A stretch of DNA of 64,000 bases from a bacterium UBP8_UBA817 (GCA_945898045.1 CAMDGG010000002.1:19231-83230); one strand, 5' to 3'. Positions 9,918-20,963 are shown, numbered from the stretch's first letter. The notes: a model not told the origin generated them from the letters alone. Numbers and translations are program-made.

Positions 9918-11174
9918 CTAAAGACGATCTAGTTCAAAAACGGCGTGTAATAATTCCAAAGCCCTTGGGCCATCAGCCTTATCAATCACACAAGACACTT
10001 TGATCTCCGACGTCGAAATCATCCGAATATTAATACCATTATCACCCAATGTTTTGAAAAATTTGGCTGCAACACCTGGTTTAGACATCATGCCAACACC
10101 CACAATAGAAATTTTGGCAATCGCATCATCAAATTGAACCCCACTCGCTTTTAAACGAGCGCCCACGTTAGATGTTACTGTTTTTGCTTGCTGCAAATCA
10201 TCTACGCTTACTGTAAAACTAATTTTATTAAATCCGTTTTCCTGAACCGTCTGGATAATCATATCCACATTGACAGAAGCCTCGGCCAATTCAGAAAAAA
10301 TCTGTCCGGCAACTCCGGGGCTATCAGGGATATTTAAAATAGAAATTTGTGCCTCATCTTCATTCATTGTCACCCCTGTGACAGGACGATTTACTTCCAT
10401 AGCTGTAGCCTCCTTAACCAACGTACCGCTAACCCGATCAAACGAAGATCGCACATGAATCACAACCCCATTTTCTTTTGCACATTCAACCGCACGAGGA
10501 TGCAACACCTTGGCACCCAACGACGCCAATTCCAACATCTCTTCATAAGAAATTTCAGATAATTTAGACGCAGATTTTACTTTGCGAGGATCGGTCGTGT
10601 ACACGCCATCTACATCCGTAAAAATTTCGCAAACGCCAGCACCCAATGCCGCTGCCAAAACAACAGCAGACGTATCTGATCCGCCACGTCCAATCGTCGT
10701 CACATCCAGCGCATCGTTAATACCCTGAAATCCGGTAACAACCACCACATTTCCCAATTTCAATTCATGTAAAATACGTTTTGTATCTACATCCACAATT
10801 TTAGAACGTCCGTAGTGTCCACTCGTGGCAACCCCTGCTTGAGGACCTGTCAAAGAAATCGCTGAAACCCCAAGATTTTGCAACGCCATCGCCAAAAGCG
10901 CAGCAGAAATATTTTCACCAGTCGAAATCAATGCATCGTATTCACGCGGATTCGGCGTATCAGAAATACGATGCGAAAGCGCAATCAAATCATCCGTCGT
11001 ATCCCCCATCGCAGACACCACCACCACAATATGAGGTGTTGTTTTCTTCAACTCACTCACACGATCAGCAACCGCCTTAATACGCTCAGGCGTTCCAACC
11101 GATGTACCACCAAACTTTTGAACCGTAATATTCATTATAAGGCTAAAATTATCTAATTCATCCCCATATGTCAA
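9918..11174 (-). CDS. lysC: Aspartate kinase. The likely true start is MNITVQKFGGTSV.
   Basis: KFGGTSV, VVVVSAMGDTTD and C-terminal ACT domains. Confidence 0.9.
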   Translation of the reverse strand: MTYGDELDNFSLIMNITVQKFGGTSVGTPERIKAVADRVSELKKTTPHIVVVVSAMGDTTDDLIALSHRISDTPNPREYDALISTGENISAALLAMALQNLGVSAISLTGPQAGVATSGHYGRSKIVDVDTKRILHELKLGNVVVVTGFQGINDALDVTTIGRGGSDTSAVVLAAALGAGVCEIFTDVDGVYTTDPRKVKSASKLSEISYEEMLELASLGAKVLHPRAVECAKENGVVIHVRSSFDRVSGTLVKEATAMEVNRPVTGVTMNEDEAQISILNIPDSPGVAGQIFSELAEASVNVDMIIQTVQENGFNKISFTVSVDDLQQAKTVTSNVGARLKASGVQFDDAIAKISIVGVGMMSKPGVAAKFFKTLGDNGINIRMISTSEIKVSCVIDKADGPRALELLHAVFELDRL

Positions 11175-11246
11175 TCAAGGGTGACATGCCCCATAAATTC
11201 CGTTAAAATGACCGAACCTGTTCGAAAAATCCAAGGAGAGCTTTAA

Positions 11247-11792
11247 ATGAGCATCAAGCTAGGCCTCGTCGGTAAAAATGGCGCAGGGAAATCAGCAGTC
11301 TGTAACTACCTCCTGGAACACGACTTCACCTGTTTTTCACTCTCCAATATTGTCCGTGATGAAGCCCACAAAAAAGGCCTCCCTCTCACTAGAGACAATT
11401 TAGTAAGCACCGCAAATATACTCAAAGAAGAAAAAGGTGCTGCATTTTTGGCCATTCAAAGCAACGAAAAAGCGACGGGAAATAAAATTGTTTTTGACAG
11501 CATCCGAAATGTAGATGAGGTAGATTATCTCAGAAATAAAAACGTCATTCTGATCGGCATCGATGCACCTATTGAACTACGCTATCAACGTATACAACAA
11601 AGAGCCCACGGAACAGATCATGTTGATTTTGAAACCTTCAAAACACAAGACGAACGAGAAAATTCTGGAATCAGCAGCGGACAAAATATCAACGCCGCCC
11701 TCGAGCACTGCACCTATCACCTTGAAAATATCGGCGATCTTACTGCCCTTCAACACCAAGTACAGGAAATCCTAAATCAATGCCAAGATTAA
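11247..11792 (+). CDS. P-loop nucleotide/nucleoside kinase (dephospho-CoA-kinase or AAA_17-like)
   Basis: Walker A GLVGKNGAGKSAV. Small size, 181 aa. Confidence 0.5.
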   Translation: MSIKLGLVGKNGAGKSAVCNYLLEHDFTCFSLSNIVRDEAHKKGLPLTRDNLVSTANILKEEKGAAFLAIQSNEKATGNKIVFDSIRNVDEVDYLRNKNVILIGIDAPIELRYQRIQQRAHGTDHVDFETFKTQDERENSGISSGQNINAALEHCTYHLENIGDLTALQHQVQEILNQCQD

Positions 11793-13027
11793 GCCTAGAA
11801 GGCGGACACATTCTATCTGGAAACGTAAAAGCCTCCGGGGCTAAAAATGCAGCACTCCCTTTACTTGCGGCTACTATTTTGATGGACGGCGAATGTCTCC
11901 TAAGTAACGTCCCCGACCTACACGACATCAACACCATGATCAAAATGCTCAACGCCCTCAATGTACGCGCAGAGTACTGCCCAAACAATCAAATCAAAAT
12001 TACCAACACCAAAAAAGTACGCCATATCGCCCCTTACGATTTGGTCACTGCCATGCGCGCTTCATTTTTTGTAGCTGGCCCTCTGCTTGCCAAAACCGGC
12101 TTTGCAAAAGTACCGCTTCCAGGCGGATGCAGCATCGGCTCTCGCCCGATTGATCTTCACCTTAAAGGCTTCAAGGCCCTCGGCGCCAAAGTCAGTATCG
12201 AACACGGATTTGTCGAATTACAATGCAAACAACTCATCGGCACTCGATTTTACATGGACTTCCCCTCTGTAGGTGCCACCGAAAACATCATGATGGCGGC
12301 AACTCTTGCTCAAGGACAAACCATTATTGAAAACGTCGCCCAAGAACCAGAAATTACCGACCTCGGTAACTTCCTCATTGCCGCTGGTGCATCCATCACA
12401 GGACTCGGCACCAGCACCATCATTGTCAACGGAACAAAAACACTCACGGGAACTCACCATCGCGTTATCCCAGACAGAATCGAAGCCGGAACGCTACTCA
12501 TCGCGGGAGCCATCACAAAAGGAGACGTTACCGTCTTCGATGCCATCCCCGACCACAACGAACCCCTTCTACAAAAACTCAAAGAATGTGGTCTTGGCCT
12601 CGAAATTCATCCCGATAGAGTCCGTATTTTTTATCAAGATCAGCCTACTGCAGTCGATATCGAAACACTTCCGTTTCCGGGATTCCCCACAGACATGCAA
12701 GCCCAAATGATGGCACTCCTAACCGTCGCGAAAGGCACCAGCATTATCACCGAATCTATTTTCGAGAACCGTTTTATGCATGCAGATGAACTCATGCGAA
12801 TGGGCGCAAAAATCAAACTCAACAACAGAAGCGCACTCGTAACAGGCGTCCCCGCACTATCCGGAGCCGAAGTCAAAATAACCGATCTCAGAGCCGGCGC
12901 AGCACTCATACTCGCAGGACTAGCCGCAGAAGGTATCACCACCGTACACGGCCTCAAACACCTCCGAAGAGGCTACGACAATCTCCCCGAAAAACTACAA
13001 TCTCTTGGCGCAAAAATTTTAGGATGA
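11780..13027 (+). CDS. murA: UDP-N-acetylglucosamine 1-carboxyvinyltransferase
   Basis: Typical MurA N-terminus and length, GGCSIGSRPIDLH, and an active-site Cys region. Confidence 0.95.
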   Translation: MPRLSLEGGHILSGNVKASGAKNAALPLLAATILMDGECLLSNVPDLHDINTMIKMLNALNVRAEYCPNNQIKITNTKKVRHIAPYDLVTAMRASFFVAGPLLAKTGFAKVPLPGGCSIGSRPIDLHLKGFKALGAKVSIEHGFVELQCKQLIGTRFYMDFPSVGATENIMMAATLAQGQTIIENVAQEPEITDLGNFLIAAGASITGLGTSTIIVNGTKTLTGTHHRVIPDRIEAGTLLIAGAITKGDVTVFDAIPDHNEPLLQKLKECGLGLEIHPDRVRIFYQDQPTAVDIETLPFPGFPTDMQAQMMALLTVAKGTSIITESIFENRFMHADELMRMGAKIKLNNRSALVTGVPALSGAEVKITDLRAGAALILAGLAAEGITTVHGLKHLRRGYDNLPEKLQSLGAKILG

Positions 13028-13037
13028 GTTTAGGCTA

Positions 13038-13883
13038 ATGACACAGAAAATAACCTTCACAAAAATGCACGGACTCGGCAACGATTTTATTGTGATCGAT
13101 GCGCTTACTCACACACTTGATGTCGCATACTACACAGACCTAGCCCTCCAACTCTGCGACCGACACACAGGCATTGGGGGAGACGGAATCGTCTTTGTCT
13201 TACCCTCTGACAAAGCCCATTTCAAAATGCGCATAATCAATAGTGACGGCAGCGAACCCGAAATGTGCGGAAACGGACTCCGCTGTTTTGCACAATTCGT
13301 CTATCAAAATAAACTGATCAATACCCCCACGTTCCAAGTCGAAACCTTGGCGGGTATCAAAGAACCCAGCGTTTTAGAAAACGGCCTAATCAAAGTAGAC
13401 ATGGGAATTCCCATCCTAGAAAGAAGCCAAATTCCTATGTTAGGAACTCCCAAAAATACCCCCGTCATCAACATGCCCATCACAGCCCACCACAGCAATT
13501 TCCTCATGACCGGCGTCAATATGGGAAACCCCCATGCCGTCATTTTTGTAGACGATCTTAAGAAGATTGACCTCGACACTCTAGGCACAAAATTTGAGCA
13601 TCACCCCTTATTCCCAGAACGCATCAATACCGAATTCGTCAAAATCATCAACAAACAGGAAGCCCGCATGATCGTATGGGAACGCGGCGCAGGTAAAACC
13701 CTCGCGTGTGGAACAGGCGCTTGCGCCGTCCTCGTCGCAGGTGTTCTTACCGACAAACTAGAGAGAACTGCAACCATCCATCTCCCGGGAGGACCTTTAG
13801 AAATTAACTGGGACGCCAACACCAATCACGTCATCATGACGGGCCCCGCCACCCACGTTTTTGACGGAACAATTGACCTCTAA
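13038..13883 (+). CDS. dapF: Diaminopimelate epimerase
   Basis: FTKMHGLGNDF and the two Cys motifs MCGNG and ACGTGACA. Confidence 0.95.
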   Translation: MTQKITFTKMHGLGNDFIVIDALTHTLDVAYYTDLALQLCDRHTGIGGDGIVFVLPSDKAHFKMRIINSDGSEPEMCGNGLRCFAQFVYQNKLINTPTFQVETLAGIKEPSVLENGLIKVDMGIPILERSQIPMLGTPKNTPVINMPITAHHSNFLMTGVNMGNPHAVIFVDDLKKIDLDTLGTKFEHHPLFPERINTEFVKIINKQEARMIVWERGAGKTLACGTGACAVLVAGVLTDKLERTATIHLPGGPLEINWDANTNHVIMTGPATHVFDGTIDL

Positions 13884-14628
13884 AACTATCACACTCATTG
13901 GCTACTACGGCGCAGGCAACCCCGGCGACGATTGGCTAGAACGTCAAAGCGTTTCCCTCATAAAAGAATACGCCCCAAATGCAACCTGCCATCACCACCA
14001 GAGCAAACACAAAATACGCACGTTTTTCTCAATCTTAAAATGCGACACCGTTATTTTTGGTGGCGGCAGCCTTTTCCAAGATCATACGTCCCGAAAAAGT
14101 CTCTACTATTACCTTACGCTCCTAACATGTTCCCTTCTTCTACGCAAAAAAACGATACTTCTGGGCCACGGCTTTTCACCTTTTCAGTATCCCCTCTCCA
14201 AAATAATCGCCGCTTTCCTACTCAAAAAAATCCATAAAATAACCGTTCGAGACAAGGAAAGCTTCGCCTACTGCAAAACGCTAAACATACCCGAACACAA
14301 ACTCCATTTAGCAAGTGACCTCGCCTACTACAAAGCCACTATCACTTCGTGCTCAGATAAGCCTCTCGTCATTGCATCCCGATATCACGTCTGCGTCTGG
14401 GCAAGTCTCCACCAAATTCCATTTTTGGCACTCGCATATGACGATAAACTGATTAACCTAGCAACGGTACTCCAGCAACCCTACATAGATACCAGGAATC
14501 CATACACACAACACGACTTCCAAGAAAAAGTCTCTGATCTACAAAATAATTTCACTCAGTATCAAAATCAACTCAAACACCAAGTACCCCGCTTAATCCA
14601 ACGTTCAGAAAACAACAAACTTTCATGA
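13861..14628 (+). CDS. Polysaccharide pyruvyl transferase (CsaB-like)
   Basis: LIGYYGAGNPGDDWL, the pyruvyl-transferase family motif. Confidence 0.6.
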   Translation: MTEQLTSKTITLIGYYGAGNPGDDWLERQSVSLIKEYAPNATCHHHQSKHKIRTFFSILKCDTVIFGGGSLFQDHTSRKSLYYYLTLLTCSLLLRKKTILLGHGFSPFQYPLSKIIAAFLLKKIHKITVRDKESFAYCKTLNIPEHKLHLASDLAYYKATITSCSDKPLVIASRYHVCVWASLHQIPFLALAYDDKLINLATVLQQPYIDTRNPYTQHDFQEKVSDLQNNFTQYQNQLKHQVPRLIQRSENNKLS

Positions 14629-15302
14629 TCACAGTCCCCGTCTTAAACTACGCCGTTACCAACACCACCCTCTCCGAACTTCTCCGAACAGTCCCCAATA
14701 GTCTTGCCGAACCCAAATTCCATACGCTAATCACCCTCAACCCCCAAATCATCATGGCCGCAGAAAAAGACCCCTCCATCGCAAAATTACTTCACGCCAG
14801 CATCCTAATCCCAGACAGCATCGGAATTCTTTGGGCAGCCAAAGAAAAGCTTACCCAAATTCCAGGGGTCGAACTCACCGAAACCCTTCTTAAAAGTTCA
14901 TTAAACTGTTACCTCATCGGTAGCCAACCAACGGTACTCACAAAACTTCTAACCCAAATCCAAGCACCCGTTATTGGAAGTCACCACGGTTATTTCAACG
15001 ATGACGAACTCACAAAAATAATCCAAGACATCCAAACAAAAAAACCAGATATTATTCTCGTCGCACTCGGCGTTCCCAAACAAGAACACGTACTAATCCA
15101 ACTCTCAAAATCCCTCACCTATGGTATCGGAATCGGAGTCGGCGGCAGTTTCGATATTATCTCAGGAACCAAAAAACGTGCCCCTGCTTGGGTTATTACC
15201 TGCAACCTAGAATGGCTGTATCGAGGACTCTCTGAACCAAAGCGAATTAAGACCTGGGGTTATTTATTGCAATTCATTGGACGCGTCATAAAAAACGGTT
15301 GA
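14625..15302 (+). CDS. WecG/TagA/CpsF-family glycosyltransferase
   Basis: KKPDIILVALGVPKQE and GVGGSFDIISG...RAPAW...LEWLYRL. Confidence 0.75.
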   Translation: MITVPVLNYAVTNTTLSELLRTVPNSLAEPKFHTLITLNPQIIMAAEKDPSIAKLLHASILIPDSIGILWAAKEKLTQIPGVELTETLLKSSLNCYLIGSQPTVLTKLLTQIQAPVIGSHHGYFNDDELTKIIQDIQTKKPDIILVALGVPKQEHVLIQLSKSLTYGIGIGVGGSFDIISGTKKRAPAWVITCNLEWLYRGLSEPKRIKTWGYLLQFIGRVIKNG

Positions 15303-15551
15303 CACAGAAAAATAGCAACGTTAATATCATTTTAAATTAAACTAATTAATAACGTTATTGCGTGCGCTATTTTTCTACTGTGCATTCCCACAAATGCATC
15401 CATACGCATACAAAATGTAGGTACACACAGCGCATTCACTATACCATCCGTCCTACTCACCACACCCAACACCCTATCGCAAACCCAGAAAACCGAAACC
15501 CTCCACATCCCAACAAACATCTCCACGTCCTATCACGCAGACTACAAAAAA

Positions 15552-16451
15552 TTGACATATTCATTCAAAACAGATCTACCAAGAAAAATCCAACTTACAC
15601 TCAAAGACGCTACAGGAAAAGAATGGCAACAACCTCAAGCCACTCACATCACACCCTCAACCAATAGCATCGATATCCCCCTAACGAATACCTTTCCAGA
15701 CAAAATCTCCGAAATCATCCTCACGTCCGAACTAGACACCATCCCCATTCAAGCAACACCTTTCACCCTAACCTCTCTCATCCTATATGACGATCCACTT
15801 CTTTCAGCACAAAACATAACGATCAGCTCTGTTGGTACAATTTCAAGTTTCACCATCGATGGAAAAACGATTCTTGATAACGACTTCATCAAAAACACGC
15901 CTGAAATTACACTTCGCACTACCAGTGCCAACTTATCTGGCTACACCATTCGCATCATCAATACCGCAACACAAGAAATCGCAGCAGAAAAAAGCGACGT
16001 CTTAACAACACCTCAAGACACGGCCGTATTCACAATCACAAGCGCCCTCCCCGACGGCAAATACCAAGTCTTCGCCACTGCCAATTTTGGCTCAGAAGTA
16101 GCCACTGCCAACTCTAAAATCGCCATCGTCCAATCAAGCTTCGAACTTACAGACTGCCTAAACTCGCCTAACCCCTTCAACCCCAACACCCAATCAACGG
16201 CCATCACCTACAGCCTCAGCAAAAATGCAGACATCGACCTCTACATCTACACCATCAACGGTGAACTCCAAGAAAAAACGCACATTAATGCAGGGGAATC
16301 CGGTGGAACAGCTGGCTATAACAGCACCCTTTGGGACGGAAAAAATCAGTTCAACGAAACCGTATCAAACGGCATCTACATCGCCTATATTATCGCCAAA
16401 TCTGAAGGGAAAGTTAAAAAAGGGAAGGTTAAGATATGGGTAAGAAAATAA
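15552..16451 (+). CDS. Secreted or cell-surface protein with a T9SS-type (FlgD-Ig/Por) C-terminal sorting domain. The N-terminal start is uncertain.
   Basis: C-terminus NPFNPNTQSTAITYSL...DIDLYIYTINGELQ...WDGKN...VSNGIYIAYIIAKSEGKV matches the T9SS C-terminal-domain pattern. Confidence 0.55.
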   Translation: MTYSFKTDLPRKIQLTLKDATGKEWQQPQATHITPSTNSIDIPLTNTFPDKISEIILTSELDTIPIQATPFTLTSLILYDDPLLSAQNITISSVGTISSFTIDGKTILDNDFIKNTPEITLRTTSANLSGYTIRIINTATQEIAAEKSDVLTTPQDTAVFTITSALPDGKYQVFATANFGSEVATANSKIAIVQSSFELTDCLNSPNPFNPNTQSTAITYSLSKNADIDLYIYTINGELQEKTHINAGESGGTAGYNSTLWDGKNQFNETVSNGIYIAYIIAKSEGKVKKGKVKIWVRK

Positions 16452-17308
16452 TCCTTCTCTTGCTACTGGCTCTTTGCCCAGTCGTACACGCTGCCAGCAA
16501 CACAGCAGGAGCATTTACACGCTATAACACAGACGCCAGAATTGCAGGGCTCGGAGGAGCAGGCGTCGCACTATCCAAGGACGCCACCGGCGTCTACTGG
16601 AACCCCGCGAATCTATCTAGCCTAGACCGAAACAACTTCAATATCACCAGCTCCAAAGCCTTCGAAACCGATTATCTATCCGCTTTTCTTGCAATGCCAG
16701 GAAAGACCTTTTCGTGGGGTATTGGATACACAGGCGCACATATAGACGACATCCTGGGCACCCAACAAAATAGCGACAATAGAAGCGAAAAAACAGGCGC
16801 CAACTATACCTACAATGCAACCGCACTCTACCTTGCAACAAGCCTAGCCATCACACAACAACTCGCCATCGGAGTCACCGGAAAATACATCGAAGAAAAA
16901 ATTGGAACATCAAATCCACAGGGCACAGGCCTAGACGTTGGCATTACCTATCAACCTCTTTCGTGGCTACGTCTCGCTACGCATGCACAGAATCTTGCAG
17001 CCCCCTCACTAGCAGGAGAAATTCTCCCCACTACTTACAGTGGTGGCCTTAGCCTCTCTCTATTAGATAAAACACTAATACTAAGCTCCGAAGCAGAAAA
17101 ACAAACCGGCAGATCCACCAAATTTAATAGCGGCATCGAATACTGGCCCGTAAACTGCCTAGCCATTCGGGCCGGGCTCCACGATAGCCACCTCACCTTT
17201 GGCACAGGATTATGCCTCGACACGCTACACCTAAACGCATCCTGGGAAGCTCCTTATCAAGATAATCTAGACGCGCTCTACAGATTCTCAGCTAGCCTAA
17301 ACTTTTAA
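16436..17308 (+). CDS. Outer-membrane beta-barrel protein, PorQ/PorV/UPF0164-like
   Basis: Signal peptide, ARIAGLGGAGVA...NPANL motif, and an alternating beta-strand pattern ending in F. Confidence 0.45.
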   Translation: MGKKIILLLLLALCPVVHAASNTAGAFTRYNTDARIAGLGGAGVALSKDATGVYWNPANLSSLDRNNFNITSSKAFETDYLSAFLAMPGKTFSWGIGYTGAHIDDILGTQQNSDNRSEKTGANYTYNATALYLATSLAITQQLAIGVTGKYIEEKIGTSNPQGTGLDVGITYQPLSWLRLATHAQNLAAPSLAGEILPTTYSGGLSLSLLDKTLILSSEAEKQTGRSTKFNSGIEYWPVNCLAIRAGLHDSHLTFGTGLCLDTLHLNASWEAPYQDNLDALYRFSASLNF

Positions 17309-18831
17309 AGTCTCAGAATAGATAAATAGGCTTCTAAAATCTCCGGTGTAGGTCCATCAGCCAACACTTCATTTGCAAGCGCCTTACCCAATTCTACCCC
17401 AGGCTGATCAAACGCATTTAAGTTCCATAAAAAACCCTGAAACATCACGACATTTTCATAGAATGCAACAAGAGCCCCCACAACACTCGGCGTTAAATCT
17501 CGATAGAACACTAAAGAAGATGGACGATTTCCAGGGAATGCATCTTCTCTCCCAACAGCAAGCGCCACGGTTTGCGCCACCAAATTAGCCATCAACGCAT
17601 CCTCCGCATCTCGCCCAGCCTGGCCAAATTGATCTGACTTTTCGGATACCCCACCCATAAATTGAACCGGAATCACCCCCGCACCCTGATGAAATTTCTG
17701 GAAAAATGAATGTTGCGCATTACTACCCTGCATGCCAAAAACCAAAGGTCCAACAGCATATGAGAGCTTAGTACCGTCGACAGACACAGACTTTCCGTGA
17801 CTTTCACAAAACAACTGTTGCACATAATCGGGCCACAAGGCTAACGGCTCACCATAAGGAATAACCGCCCGTACAGGAAACCCCAAATAGGTACACTCCC
17901 ACACACCCAAAAGTGCCGAGAGCAAACTCATATTTTGCCTAATATCAGGAACCAAAGCAGCTTCATCTAATAAAAATGCGCCCTCTAAAAATGATTCGAA
18001 AATAGGTGAGCCAAAAACCAAAGACAGGATAACCCCGCCCACTGCACTCGTTACAGAAAACCGGCCGCCTATCGCTGCGTCCAAATAAAAAACATGTCCA
18101 AATCGAGAGACATCATCCAAGAAAGTGTCCTTCATCGTAATCGCGCAAAAATGAGCCCGCATACCGTCACTTGAAATTCCTCGCGCCTCAAACAAAGACC
18201 GAATGAGCCCCAAGTTAGACAACGTCTCTTGCGTCTCACCAGTTTTCGACACAATTAAAAAAAGTGTCGTTTCAATATCTACTTCAGACAAAACAAAGGA
18301 CGCATCAGCAGGATCAATATTGGCAATAAACTGAGGCTCCAAATATCGCTTACACCCAGAATGGGTCAATGCATGACTAACCGCCCTTGGCCCCAAATCA
18401 GACCCCCCAATACCAACTTGCACAACTGACGCAAACTTTTTCCCAGAATATCCACGCAACGATCCGTCATGAACACGTCGACTTAAGTCTGCAATTTTTT
18501 CCTGCTCTGCCCCATAGATTCCACGACTTTTAGACCGTGTCTTATGATGCTGAACTGAGCGCCCCTCACTAAAATTTACCGAAAAACCAGCCCTCAATTC
18601 CCCATACTTCTCCACTACCTGCTGTTCATCTGATAGCGTTTGAAAAACATCCAAAACCTGAGGCGACACCAACGACGCCGCATAGTTAAATCCCAATGGC
18701 CCATTCGACAACGTCAAAGTAGAAATACGCTCTGGCGTCAAAAGATCCCGAAGCACCAACGGAACGTCAGCCAATGTTTTTAATCGCGCGTGGGCAGAGG
18801 CTTCATTTAAGGGGCAGAAAGAAATAGTCAT
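17305..18831 (-). CDS. pgi: Glucose-6-phosphate isomerase
   Basis: VGIGGSDLGP, PGI-family motifs, 508 aa. Confidence 0.9.
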   Translation of the reverse strand: MTISFCPLNEASAHARLKTLADVPLVLRDLLTPERISTLTLSNGPLGFNYAASLVSPQVLDVFQTLSDEQQVVEKYGELRAGFSVNFSEGRSVQHHKTRSKSRGIYGAEQEKIADLSRRVHDGSLRGYSGKKFASVVQVGIGGSDLGPRAVSHALTHSGCKRYLEPQFIANIDPADASFVLSEVDIETTLFLIVSKTGETQETLSNLGLIRSLFEARGISSDGMRAHFCAITMKDTFLDDVSRFGHVFYLDAAIGGRFSVTSAVGGVILSLVFGSPIFESFLEGAFLLDEAALVPDIRQNMSLLSALLGVWECTYLGFPVRAVIPYGEPLALWPDYVQQLFCESHGKSVSVDGTKLSYAVGPLVFGMQGSNAQHSFFQKFHQGAGVIPVQFMGGVSEKSDQFGQAGRDAEDALMANLVAQTVALAVGREDAFPGNRPSSLVFYRDLTPSVVGALVAFYENVVMFQGFLWNLNAFDQPGVELGKALANEVLADGPTPEILEAYLSILRL

Positions 18832-20090
18832 TGCACATCATCCTGATAGATCTGACGAATCACCGCTTGAGCCGATGCTGTAAAAGGTTGAGAACGACGC
18901 TGCATCACACGAGACACAATAGGCAACCACCGATCCAGCTCCACCCTAGAATAAACCGCACTACCACCCCAACTAAACGGAGCAATATACTTATCTTGTA
19001 ATGCGCCGCCCCAGACAGTAGAACCAAAGCCCAAAACCGACCCCGTATTCAATAAAGTGCCAATCCCACACTTCACATGATCCCCAATCAGTGACCCCAA
19101 AAACTGTAAGCCTGTATCCAAAAGGCCCTCTGACGTCTGAACCCGAATCGGCCCATACGTATTTTTTAGATTTGATGTTGTCGTTCCCGCGCCCAAATTA
19201 ACCCATTCACCCACATAAGAGTGCCCCATAAATCCTTCATGCGCTTTATTCGATTGACCGTAAAAAATAGACTGTGAAATTTCGCCCGAAACTTTGCAAT
19301 TTGGGCCAATAGAAGAAGCCTTAATCTTAGCGCCCAAAACCTGGGTATTTTGTCCTACAAAAAGAGGCCCCTCCAAACGAGAGCCCGACTCCACAAAAAC
19401 ACCCGAGGCCAAATGAACAGGACCCTTCTTGGCATTAATCACCACAAAATCTTCAATCACAACATCTTGTCCAAGAAAAATATCGTCAGCATTTTGCAAA
19501 ACAACAGAAGGTGCCACATCCCCCAACACCCCATGACGACGCAAAATCTCTAAATCCTCTGCCAAAACCTGTGGGTTTAACGAAACCAAATCCCAAACAT
19601 CTTGAACCATGACAACATCATCTAAAACTATGCCCGAGCAAACACTCTCAAGCGTAGCCGCCAAAGCCTCTGCAGAAGGCACATCAAAAAATTGTGGCGC
19701 TACCAACGCCAACGCATCCCCAGCCAAGTAAGCCGCAACAACTTGACCTTGATACGTAAAAAAAACATTCGGTGTTAATGCTTGGCCTCGAATAAATTGT
19801 GATAATTTTTTTGTAAAAACAACACGTCCATTCAGCAACCAACAGACCCCATCCAGGCTAAGTTCATTAGACTGAAATTCAGGATGCCATTCTGCTAGTA
19901 ATGGCCGCAGAACCGGACGCACATGGAGACACACTTCATCAGATGGAAAATAACGCACCATCTTGTCAATCAACCGCTCCATTCCAAGCAGTAAATCAAA
20001 GGCTGGACGCATAAACGTTAAAGGAAACAAAGACGAAAACCGATCATCTTCAAAAATATAAGTTGAAACCATATCAAAAATGATAACCAA
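18828..20090 (-). CDS. Sugar-phosphate nucleotidyltransferase-like protein with a C-terminal left-handed beta-helix (GlmU/GCD1-like)
   Basis: Hexapeptide repeats VGEWVNLGAGTTTSNLKNTYG. Translationally coupled to pgi. Confidence 0.45.
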   Translation of the reverse strand: MVIIFDMVSTYIFEDDRFSSLFPLTFMRPAFDLLLGMERLIDKMVRYFPSDEVCLHVRPVLRPLLAEWHPEFQSNELSLDGVCWLLNGRVVFTKKLSQFIRGQALTPNVFFTYQGQVVAAYLAGDALALVAPQFFDVPSAEALAATLESVCSGIVLDDVVMVQDVWDLVSLNPQVLAEDLEILRRHGVLGDVAPSVVLQNADDIFLGQDVVIEDFVVINAKKGPVHLASGVFVESGSRLEGPLFVGQNTQVLGAKIKASSIGPNCKVSGEISQSIFYGQSNKAHEGFMGHSYVGEWVNLGAGTTTSNLKNTYGPIRVQTSEGLLDTGLQFLGSLIGDHVKCGIGTLLNTGSVLGFGSTVWGGALQDKYIAPFSWGGSAVYSRVELDRWLPIVSRVMQRRSQPFTASAQAVIRQIYQDDVQ

Positions 20091-20173
20091 CCCCCCCTAA
20101 TTATTCAACAAAAAAGTTCAAAAGCAAAAAAATAAACGTTATATTTATAATAAAATTATGATAAGATGACAAA

Positions 20174-20833
20174 ATGGATATAAGCATCACGATAATCAAG
20201 CTCATCATTTTCGCCACACCAGGAACCATTTCGCTATTTATCTATCAAAAACTAACAGGACAACATCCCAAGAACGATTTACAATCAATCATCTCACTCA
20301 CTGTACTATCTGTACCAAACTACATTTTGTCAGGATTAATACTTGATCAATCTCCTTTCAAACTCCTGGAATTATTTCTATCAAATCCCAAAGAAATTCC
20401 ATGGATAGGCTTAATCACAGCAACTTTAACCTCAGCAGCACTTCCTTTCTTATACGCCAGTATCAACAAATACAAAATCATCAATAAAATAGGGCAGAAA
20501 ATAAAAGCCACAAACAGATTCGGAGATGAAGATCTTTGGGAATTTTTCCAAAACGGAAAAGCAAAAACAGAACAGAACAAATGGCTTTTTATACGAGATC
20601 TCAGAGTCAACCTATGCTATTACGGATGGATCGAACATTTTTCAGAATCCAATCAAGATAGAGAATTAATTATCTCGGATGTAACGGTCTATGATAATAT
20701 AAACGGCACAGAATTATACGCCACAAAATCACTCTATATCTGCAGAAATAAATTTGAAATTACAATTGAAATCCCTATTATTCCCAACGAAAAAAATAAG
20801 GAGAATAAGAATGCCAAGACACACTCAAACTAA
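20174..20833 (+). CDS. Hypothetical membrane protein in an AT-rich, possibly acquired, segment
   Basis: Transmembrane segments at the N-terminus. The local AT content is much higher than in the neighbouring genes. Confidence 0.4.
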   Translation: MDISITIIKLIIFATPGTISLFIYQKLTGQHPKNDLQSIISLTVLSVPNYILSGLILDQSPFKLLELFLSNPKEIPWIGLITATLTSAALPFLYASINKYKIINKIGQKIKATNRFGDEDLWEFFQNGKAKTEQNKWLFIRDLRVNLCYYGWIEHFSESNQDRELIISDVTVYDNINGTELYATKSLYICRNKFEITIEIPIIPNEKNKENKNAKTHSN

Positions 20834-20963
20834 ACCTACCCCCTCAATATCAGAAGGTCCCTATAGAAAAGGAGGGACAAACTCCCCGCCAACAACAAGC
20901 AAACCCACCATTAGTCCAGCAGGCCAAGGGCCCAAACCACATTCCCACACAAGATAATCAACC

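Noticed and set aside
15317-15356. Inverted repeat AACGTTA ... TAACGTT in the intergenic region upstream of the T9SS-cargo gene
   Set aside because: Only 7 bp arms with a ~25 bp AT-rich spacer. This is easily due to chance in AT-rich DNA.
20754-20957. 67 aa Pro/Thr-rich ORF overlapping the end of the hypothetical membrane protein gene
   Set aside because: No start context and low-complexity composition. It overlaps the longer ORF. Likely non-coding.
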